Part shown: piece by piece, positions 53,696-64,000 of the stretch
Numbering within the stretch: the first letter of the stretch is position 1
Layout: each line of letters opens with the position of its first letter
NCBI GenBank assembly: GCA_023213395.1
Contig: CM041465.1
Span: 103,051,741-103,115,740, forward strand
Direction of reading: 5' to 3'
DNA length: 64,000 nt
Source of the DNA: Cycas panzhihuaensis
Lineage: Eukaryota > Plantae > Cycadophyta
Translations under genes and position numbers: made by a program
The notes under the pieces: generated by a model
Seen by the model: the letters and a program-made list of their open reading frames with translations, nothing else
The model's database searches: none
What the model was told of the DNA's origin: nothing

Positions 53696-54528
53696 TATAG
53701 ATATTAGTCTAAAGCTCAGTATTTCAAAACCTTATACTATAATAAGCTATAGAAATGTCCTTATAATATTAGATGGAAATATAATAAGGTAAACCATTTA
53801 AAGGATTATATACATAACATAAAAGAAATTACTCCAAAAGATCTATAAAAGTAAAAAATTCTTGTAATTTCATAATATGATTTTATCAAGGATTACACTT
53901 ATACTAAAATAAAGGTAAAACCCTAAAGCAATAATCAATTGACTCTATTACTAATCATTTATCTTATCGATTTACATAAATACATTATATAAAATTATTA
54001 TTTATGATAGCTAATACAAAATATCAAGCCACAAAAATAAGCATAACATAATAAAGATGTAGAATAGTGTAAGATAAATAGAGTATATAGGAAATAATAA
54101 TATCAAAATATAAGCCATTTCACTTGATGTTATCCATTACTTATTTGATGAGACTAGTGTGAAAACTTAATAACAAAATGGCATGCTACATGGTTGGTGT
54201 TTCTCCATTTTATTCATGTATTATAAGTGAAATATCCAATAATTCCTAACAACCAAGCTCACCCTTTAAGAAAATAAGTAAAAATAGAGATACGAGACAT
54301 GCTAGAATTGTCCCCCCAAAATACAAACCTAAATACAAGATTATGAAATATTAAGAGCTAATATAAATCAAAGGATACAAGGCTTGACTATAGAATAGTT
54401 GGTATATAAATTAAGGATATTAACTTATGTGAAGTGGAAACAAGCATTTTTATATAAATAAAAGCATTAAAATGTGTTAGGATAAGGTGAGGAATAATTA
54501 TGTATCATGGAAACGTTTTATATTCTAG

Positions 54529-54530
<2 letters not shown>

Positions 54531-54589
<59 letters not shown>
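54531..54589. repeat. (AT)n microsatellite
   Basis: Direct sequence. Confidence 0.95.
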
Positions 54590-54590
<1 letters not shown>

Positions 54591-56039
54591 CATGTAAGTT
54601 ATTGGAACAATCAACACAAAAGATATGCATATGTGAATCAAAAATATAAAAGCTATAACTTCCTAAGTGAAAAAACTCCTAAAAGCTTATATGAATGACT
54701 TATTTCCACTCAAGTTTAACTTTAATATAATTTTTCTAAAAAATCTCCCTTTGTAATACATAAGTCATATATAATTTATTCCATTGACAATTATTTAATT
54801 GTGTTCAATTTCTAGACAATTCTATTTAACTTTATTAAAATTGACCTTAATGTAAAATGATTAATAGCTCATAGATAAGTTCAAAATTAAAATGAGAGGA
54901 CATAACTATAATTCCTATCTAATGAGATAATAATGACCCTTACCTTTCATGATCTACTTCATAAAATTATTAATAAATTTCTCCACAACTTGAGTGCAAA
55001 ATATAAAAAATAAGAGGATCATATATTCCGCCTCAAACTCATCCTTAATACATGTCATAAATACCACACTAGCCTCAACTGCTTAAAATGTTTCTCCAAG
55101 TCATATATAGTAAACTACTAGCAAACCTAATTTTAGGAAAATGCATCTGCATTGACCTTGCCAAAATTTCCATCACATTAAATATGCCTTTACCAAAGAA
55201 TATATGTAAAGCCAAAGCACTCCTCTAAAAAGTTAGATACATGTAATAATTAGCCTCTAATTTATTAATAAGTATAAAGTCCTTAATTGCCTACTCTAAA
55301 AAACTATACATATTTATTATAATAATGGCATTTAAAATTCCTTCGATAAGTATTAATACTTATAATCATGATCTTAAACTTTAATAAAAGTTCATGACCC
55401 CGATAAGATATCCACACAATAATGAAGCACTTAGAAACATTATAGTAAAGTCACTTATGAGTGATATATGAGTGAGAGTTGGGTTGTAGAGGGAGCTAAG
55501 TATAGAGTGTTCATATAATGTCCAATTATAAAGGTATATATATAGTAACTAACATATGCACACTATGTATACATCTATGATTTTAATAATAATATAAAGA
55601 CATGATTATATGTGTTAGAAATAATGCTTACATGGGTTATATTATGGTTGGTAAGTCATTAAGTTATCATTGGCTTAATGACACTTGTTAGTGAAGAACG
55701 ATAACATGGAGAGTAGAGTGGAGCGGTGAACATAAACATTTAATCTATATTGATAATATAATATAAGTTAACATCATGTAGTTCAATCTATATTGATCAA
55801 GAGTATGACAAATTTACAAGATGGTGGTGTTGAAGAACATTGGAGGATTTGGCCCTCAATTTTAAATATGCAGGAGGAGGGTGGGAGCCCTTCTCAACTT
55901 ATAATTCAAAATTATGTAAAATAATAAATAGCTTACATTAAAATAAACTTACCATTAAGGCATGTGCAGCTATATATTCCCAAGGTTAGATTAGGTGATG
56001 ATGAATATTAACCCTCACATTCTCCCCCTTAATATTCAT

Positions 56040-56737
56040 CACATGCATCTTCAACTTTCCTTTGAACTTGTGATACTTGTACTTATGGAAAACTTTGAAT
56101 ACTTACCCTTTAACTTTATCATTATCCTTGATGTGGTCAATAACTTACCTCATCATCCTTTCAACAATTTGTGTCTCAAATGGTTTATAAGTAGGTATGG
56201 CTTGATTTGAATGAATATGAGTGGCTTTATCAATATCTTTGTAATTGTGGTGAGTAGGAGTAGCTTTGTTAAGATCTTTATCTTTTTCGTTAATCAGGTC
56301 CAAGGTATATACAACTTCATTAAATACAATATTAGAGTCATTAACTTTATTAAAGTCTTTACTAATACAATCAATATTAGCCAATTCAATAATGTTCATC
56401 TACTCTAACATCTATTTTATATGAATAACATTATCAATATAATTAATAATATTTAATTGTAAAGTATGTCCCTCATAAACCAATTTTAGGGTATTCCATG
56501 TAAATTTGGAAGTAGTTAACTCACGCTAGAAAATATATTGTTATCTAGTGTACAAAATATTAGGGCTAAGGCCTCATTATCCTTTTTCATATCTTCTTTA
56601 ACATTTGGTATATAACCATCTTTTATAAAATTCCATAAATTTTTGGAGATAAGGAGTGTTTTCATTAAATTCTTCTAAGATAAAAAACTAGTACTATTAA
56701 ACATGGGAATCATCATATCATCTACATAGGTGGCCAT
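56040..56737 (-). pseudogene. Copia Gag fragment
   Basis: MATYVDDMMIPMFNSTSFY...MKTLLISKNLWNF..DGY...KDNEALALIFCTLDNNIF (copia gag N-terminus), continuing into ORF 56145..56399. It ends just before the PPT. Confidence 0.75.
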
Positions 56738-57012
56738 TATAAGAGACGTTAATGTATAATCTAAAAGGATGGTCTTAATGAGCAAATAAGTAACCTCTTA
56801 GCCTCAAATAAATAAATGACTTGAAATATATAGTAAATCTATTTTTACAAGAACTTTCAACATGATTTCAACATAGATTCCTCTTTAATCAATGAAAGAT
56901 AATAACTTAGCAATAAAGAATAAATATACAATATATAATAAATCTCCTTTTTAGTAAGATAAATATTCTTTTAGAATGAAACTAATATTCAATTAATGAT
57001 GCTTTCAAAAGA

Positions 57013-57191
<179 letters not shown>

Positions 57192-57774
57192 AATCTTAGG
57201 GAAACAAAATCCTAATAATGAACTTATAGTTATGCACTATAATGCACCTTTGAGCTTTCAAATGCAATGGCCTTAAATCAACTTGAGTATGCTTTTTATT
57301 AGTGAGTAAAAAAAACTATAACTTTGTGATGAAAAATATACTTTGCAAAACAACTTCTATAAGGATTCAAATAAGTTTAAACAGGAATGAAGTGTTTTTT
57401 CTTGAATGATTTAGATACAACTTAAAAAGATTTAAAGAGGCAATAAAAACTTTGAATTGATGGGGTTAATGTTCCTCACCTAACTCCCACCTTAGAAACA
57501 TGTGACTACACACTTCTTCATGGTAGGTAAGGTAAGATTATTTTATTATGCACTATCATTATTTTATATTATTTTGAATTGAAGGTTGAGGAGATTTCCC
57601 TCCTTCCTCAAAAGTATATGTCTCGTGGGGTTCTAAACCCTAATATTCATCAACACCATCATCTCTTTGGAAATATGATGTACTCTCTTCATAATAGGTT
57701 AATACAATGTTATTTCACAAGTATACTTTAAATATGGGTTGAGTTACATGATTTCGCCTGCTACTTTGAGTAAT

Positions 57775-57884
57775 CCTAACATGGTATTATAGTTGTGATC
57801 AAATTCTAACATGATATCAAAGCACTTTGGTCAACTCTTACATGGTATCAGAGTTATGATCAAATTCTAACATGGCATCAGAGC
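57775..57884 (+). promoter_or_regulatory. Tandem array of four tRNA-iMet PBS units
   Basis: ACA+TGGTATTATAGT (57782), ACA+TGATATCAAAGC (57812), ACA+TGGTATCAGAGT (57843), ACA+TGGCATCAGAGC (57873). Confidence 0.88.
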
Positions 57885-59426
57885 ATGGATCTTGGCCACC
57901 TATATCAAGGCATTGATTTCACTTCACGATAAGTATTTACATTGATATTTTATTAGGCTTATAAAGTTTATTCATATTTTTATATAGTTTTTTATTAATA
58001 TTTGGTTTTTTTTATACATATAATCCATTTAATCATGATTTTCTTTAAATTTTTGTAGCTTTAGTGTGTACATTTATCCCAACATGTTTAGTCATTTACA
58101 ACCTGTTACAGTAGCTTGTTCACTCGTTTGCACTCATCTAGGCTTTAGATCTAAGTTTTCTTAAGAAAACAAATAAAAAATCACGTTTTTCATTCACTAC
58201 GACCTTATTATAGATCATTTATTTATTATTTTAGCAACCCTAAACCTATTCTTACTTCTTGTTAGAAGATATTTGAGGTGGTTTTAGGCTTTATTTTATT
58301 TAGTTTTGCTCAGTTGGGCTCTCGCAAACCCCTAAACTTCTACAACTCTGTTCTCCTCAATACAATATTATTTTTTAAAAATTCCATATCTATTAGGTAC
58401 CTCTCATCATTATGTCCATTTCTTTAAATTTTGACCTCATTATGAGGCCATTTAATCTCTCATTAAGGTTCTGCACTCTTACTTTGATTTGTCATTTTTG
58501 CACACAAGTCACATAAGCCTCAAAAAAGGTACCTGCGTTATTTTTACAATATTTTTACAATTATTTATCTAATTTGTGAACCATTTAAAGCATCGAAAAG
58601 TTGATTCAGAGCTCTATAGTTTGAAGTCCTCATTTACTTAATCTAAGTTTTTTTTTAATAGAGTTTGATTAGGTTAAAGTTAACCTTCATTTATTACTCA
58701 TATTTCACTAGCCATAAATGGGTTTATTTACTCTTCTTTAATAACTTGAGTTCTATAGCTTTGTTTATTGAGTTGTCTAAACCTTTAGAAAGATTTTTCA
58801 AAGTTATTTATAATAGAATATATTTCACCATATTTTGACATAATTTTATAGGTTATTAAAACTCCTAAAATGAAAACTCTATTTTAATCCTTGTTAGACA
58901 CTTTTGGAGAATTTTTGAGCTAAATTTCTTTCCAAATGAAAATACTTAATTGATACTTACATACTAATTGATTATTATGATATTTTCTTGTGTTTATAAG
59001 ATTTACAAGCTATTTTTTAGCCTTTTAGTATATTTTTTAGCTTCTGGAGCAACAAGAATACTATTACATTCAAAAGCTATTAACAAGTACCTCTTACCTT
59101 ATTATTTTCTTTCCATTACATATAAAAGTGAATCTAAGTGACTTTCTTGCTTGTTTAAGGAGTTTTCTTTAAGCATTTAAAATGTGTATCTCCTTAATTG
59201 AAAGAGTATTTGAGTATTTGAAAGGTTTATCTCCTTGATTTATTTTGCTTATAGTTTCTCATTGATTCATTAAAATAATCTCATTGAAGGTGCATATAGG
59301 TATTGAAAGCTATTTAAAGTTAGTTTTACAAGGAGCTTCTTCATTTTTTAAAAGATAAAGTTTGCATAAGAAAATCTTGCTCTTATTTCATTGTTAAGGT
59401 ATCTTTATATTAAGGCATTCAATTGA

Positions 59427-59431
<5 letters not shown>

Positions 59432-59476
<45 letters not shown>
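59432..59476. repeat. (TA)n microsatellite
   Basis: Direct sequence. Confidence 0.95.
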
Positions 59477-59478
<2 letters not shown>

Positions 59479-60866
59479 TTTAGCTTTCTTTCTTTTAAGC
59501 AAGTTACTTACTTTATGTTTCAAGGAGCATATTTTAAAATCATTTGTATAATTTCTTTAATTTAAAAGGACTCATCTGATGGTTACTTATCCTTGATAAG
59601 GAATTAAAATTGGAAGATCATTTGTCTCCATTTCAACATTGAAAAGTATTTCATATTACACTTCATTACATATAATTATTTAAAGGTATATTATTCCCTT
59701 TTTAAGCTCACTTTTGAAGTCTTATGAGAATTAATCTACAAGTAACATTCATTGAAAGGAATCAACTCTATAAGTGAAAAATGTGCCTTAAAAGAGTTTT
59801 AGAATCAACTCTATACACTATAATATAAGATGATAGCTTTATAATAGAGTTAGAAGGGATTTGAATGCACCAGGTTATCGCTTTTACTCTTAAAGAGACT
59901 CCTTCTCTTCAAGAGGCCAAAATAGAGTTAAGTGGCTATAGAATTAAGTTATGAGCCTCTAAAATTGGTAAAAAAACTATCCACACCTAACCAGTAGCTT
60001 AATAATAAATATATATGCTAAATTAAAATTTAAAAAATGCTTGAAATATTAAGAAGTATGTCAAACTAGGATTAAATTAGAGCCTCAAATTTACTAGTTT
60101 TAAAAACCTATAAAATAGTGTTATATTTTATTAAAACCCACTTCAATATGTAGAGAATTGAATTACCTTTTCGATGGATCCATTCATTCGAAAAACAGGC
60201 TCCTAGATCAAAAGATATAACAAAAATAGTGAGAAGATCCTTTTATGGTAGAAAATTTAAAGGAAAGGGGGATTAAGCCCCTTAGGCGAAAGGCCCCTGG
60301 TCAGTGGGGGCCAACATGACCACCTGCTAGGGTCCAAATGGGGTTGCAAATTTCAAAATATTATAAAATATAATTAAATTCTTTAAAATCTAAAATTATA
60401 AAAAGTGATTAATAACCTTTTCAAATCCACACATTTAAAATGAAAATCAAGGTCGCATGGGCTAAGAATGTGACTATGTGCCTAATGCAAAAGGGGCTAA
60501 TCTCGTAAAAAAGTTCATGGATTTGATTTTTTTAAAATATAATTAAATTTTAATTATAACATTAGAAAAAATAAATATTATTATAAAATTTATATACCTG
60601 TTAACAAGCAACGAACAAGAGGAAAATGAAGTCAATTGAATCAACAAAATAATGATCAACAGATGGGGCGAATTTAATGAGAGTGTTGGTGCTAAGAAAT
60701 CTGCTTCAAAAATATATATAAATATATATTTATGATTTTAAAAAAACACCAAAAAAACATTATACAGTGGTGGTTAGTACACTCCTACTATATGATTTCT
60801 AGATCTAGAGACACAAATGCTTGATTCACCAATGAAAGTAATTTAAAATAATAATAATAATAAAAG

Positions 60867-61005
<139 letters not shown>

Positions 61006-61533
61006 GGAGGAATAACCTGTTAATAGTGGTGCATGAAGCCTGTTGTACAGAGCTACCATATAGAGATAAACAAAGATGAGGAATCATATTGTCGTCACTT
61101 CTTGCCATTTCCAGGGCTTCGTTTAACCTTCAGACATCGACTCTACTGACCTAAGATATAGGGAAGTCAAATCTAGATGCAGATCTAGTTGTAAGTATGG
61201 TGGAAGAATCCTATAGCAGAGCAACTATGGATCTGTGTATGAATCTGTACTTCTAAACATGTAACCTAGAAAGGAGAGCAAGGTAGTCCCCTTTAAGATA
61301 GCCAATTAAAAATCTTGTAGCAGAGACATAATAAAATCAATCTCCCTATAACAAGATAAGAATCAAAGGAGACTATGCTATAAAAAATGATGAAATAAGA
61401 AAATGCAGTAGAGATATAATAGACCAATGCCCAAAAACTCTTAAAAAAGATGAGATTTTTTATCCTATGGAGAGATTTTGTCAATGAGTAGTGTATTAAT
61501 ATGTCCAGACATGAAATCAAATGAAGAGATATT

Positions 61534-61641
<108 letters not shown>

Positions 61642-62393
61642 GAAATAAACTATTAGAGAGTTAATTGCTAGGAGTTAGATCTCCTTTTAGCTAAGATGAA
61701 ATTTCAAATTATTTTTTCTAGTGAGTAGATAAGTCCACTAGGACTCTAAAGAGTAGTCATATGCTACACTTTCACTAAGCGTATGCAGGGCTAGAAGTTG
61801 TGCATCCAGATTTACTCTGATACCAAATGAAGAATGATAACATACATAGTAGAGCAAAGTAGTGAACATAAACATTCACTCCATATTGATAATATAATAT
61901 ATATTAGCATCATGTAGTTCAATCTATATTGATCAAGAGTATGATAAATTTACAAGATGGTAGTGTTGAAGAACACTTGGGCATTTGACCCCAAAGCTTA
62001 AATATGTGGGAGAAGGATGAAAGGCCTCCTCAACCTATAATTCAAAATAATATAAAATAATAAACAACTTATATTAAAATAAACTTACCATTAAGGCATG
62101 TGCAGTTGCATATTCCCAAGGTTGGGTTAGGTGATAATGAATATTAACCCTAACAGTTAGGAAGTACAAAAGGCCCTTAATAGAGTTATGACACATGTTT
62201 GAGTAATTATGAATTGTGTTTGGACCATTATTAATCTTGCTTATATAAATATATGTATAGAATTATACATTATATCCTAAAGAGTTATTCTTAATGAGTG
62301 AAAAAATAAATTTAAAGGTAGATTAATTCTACCTAAATATTTATGCTGTAATATCATTTTGGTTCCACTTGCTCTCAGTTTACATGTTTTATT

Positions 62394-62405
62394 TAGTATT
62401 AGAGC
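62394..62405 (+). promoter_or_regulatory. Degenerate tRNA-iMet PBS of an older plus-strand element whose LTR was hit by the 55692-62155 insertion
   Basis: tagtattagagc resembles TGGTATCAGAGC with two transitions. Confidence 0.45.
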
Positions 62406-64000
62406 AGATTAATCACAAGGTTGTTGATTAATTTTTTGACTTGTAGGTTTTGAAGAGGTAATTTGAAAGATTGTGTCAGTGAAATTAATGACAATTAGTG
62501 TTAGGTATGTTATGGAGATCTAAATCTTTTATAGAGTGTTGAAATGATTAATGAGGGTTATATTGCAAAATGCCCTTTAATATTTATTTATATAAGTGTA
62601 TAGGAATTTATTCTTAGGTATATTTATATTGATTTGGATCATTCGATTAAGCCTATCATTTTTTAGCCTTGAAGCAATTAATATTGAGACATGTAATTTA
62701 AATGCATTTGTTATTCAACAAGGAAGTTGGTTCTCCTTTCAAACTATTGATAACCTGCTATCACCAATTATAAGTGATAAAATTACAAGATAATAAGAGT
62801 TGAGGTGTAATGGCCATGGGCCATGAATTATCTCATTAGATCATTTCCTACCTATTATGCAATATATATATATGGAATAATGGTCTACATGAAGAGTTCT
62901 ATTGTGTAAGGCCTCTAAATTCTAAAAATATAGAATAGGAATATTGACATGCATAAGTTTTGGTGTTATTTAATTGAATCAGAATGAGGAACTTTTAGAG
63001 GAACACAACTAAAATTAGAAGACATGTTCAAATTATTATTGTACTTGTAATTCCCTTTTATATTTTCAAAAAATAGATTGACATTCTGACATCAACAAGA
63101 CAAAAGTGGCCCTTATAATTACTGATCTAATTGATAAATGACTTATGTTAGGTACCTATTTCCCAAGTTTGTAGTTTAATTTCTCATGTTTTCATATAGG
63201 TACATTTGTTTTGTAGCTAGTGACTTGTGACTTTTCCTTTTATACATGAATGGCTCATGGATATGTGGTTTAAAAAAGAGAAAACTTAAACAAACCTTAG
63301 AAGATTAGAGCTACCACATTCCCATCTATAATGAAGATAATTCCTTTTGCCACTAGTTAGTCTAGTTGACTATTTAGATTCTCAGTCAATATACCACTTG
63401 ATGAAGACACTGGGCATATGTTGAATATAAGGGTAAGGTAGATCATACATTAGAATACATAGATATGATAGTATATACATAATGAGCAATGAACTAGATG
63501 ATTACCCAACATAAAATACTAGCTAAATAAAGATGAAAATCTTAGTGGTAAGCCTATAAGAGGTATGATAATCAAATATAATAAAAAGCAATATAAAAAT
63601 ATAAAACAAAAGTGGCATAAATGAAAGCCTATACCATTTGATTGAATAAAGAAAATGCCAAGAGACTATGAGACACAAAGAGGTTAAACACATACAAAAT
63701 CACTAATTATGGTGATACTTAAAATTGAAAATTTTGATAAAAGTTTGTGGACAAGGACAAAATCACTAATTAACTTTGAATGCATGTAGAGAATTTGGCA
63801 TATTTAACTTCTAGATACCTAAGTTCAAATTTATTTATCCTTTTTGTACTGTGAGTCTACATATATATTTGATCTAATTAGATGGCCTCAACTTATCTCT
63901 TTGAAATCAACTCATCACCTTATCTCTTTGATGGTTCCCTTTTAATAAACAAAAGGAAGTTCATGCTATAGAGAGTCCTATAAATGGGGTCGCTAGTAGT

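Larger units (their letters stand above)
57458..59815 (+). mobile_element. Nested non-coding LTR element in opposite orientation; its LTR (57458-57781) is related to the host LTR; 3' LTR not found
   Basis: tgatggggttaatgttcctcacctaa...ttttgaatt.aaggttgag...tcaacacca.catct aligns to the reverse complement of 55692-56019. It is followed by a PBS array. Confidence 0.7.

Noticed and set aside
57775-57884. CRISPR-like repeat-spacer appearance
   Set aside because: The repeats are LTR-end/PBS sequence, the spacers repeat (A-B-A), the context is eukaryotic TE DNA, and there are no cas genes.
63985-64000. Helitron 3' end (CTAG-T)
   Set aside because: No clear upstream hairpin, and it sits at the window edge.

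Overview
AT-rich, gene-free plant intergenic DNA made almost entirely of old, nested, degenerate LTR retrotransposons. A large, heavily methylated genome such as a gymnosperm's is inferred from the decay pattern, not proven. I found no intact host gene, RNA gene or CRISPR array. Elements resolved by eye from LTR pairs, tRNA-iMet PBS, PPT, target-site duplications (TSD) and protein motifs: a truncated Ty3/gypsy pol (1-1331, -); a full-length Ty1/copia (2165-11194, +, TSD ATTGA) carrying a nested 2.1-kb Gag-only element (8128-10228, -); a chromovirus gypsy (11357-17864, -); two related Tat/Ogre-like gypsy remnants (~17.9-25 kb and ~28.7-33.9 kb, -); a copia-Gag-only element (25016-28630, +); a solo LTR (37726-38334); an LTR element at 38970-44052 (-); an RT-deleted Tnt1/Tork-like copia (46961-50878, -); and a second copia-Gag-only element (55692-62155, -, TSD GTTAG) containing an inverted relative. 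The most unusual signal is repeated multiplication of reverse-transcription priming sites. There are 30-bp-periodic arrays of [LTR end + Met-tRNA PBS] (four at 57.8 kb, two at 25.5 kb) and tandem [PPT + LTR start] units (10.7, 28.6 and 59.8 kb), mostly in non-autonomous elements. Stop codons and LTR termini show pervasive C>T decay, including in CHH context. All alignments and identities are by eye.
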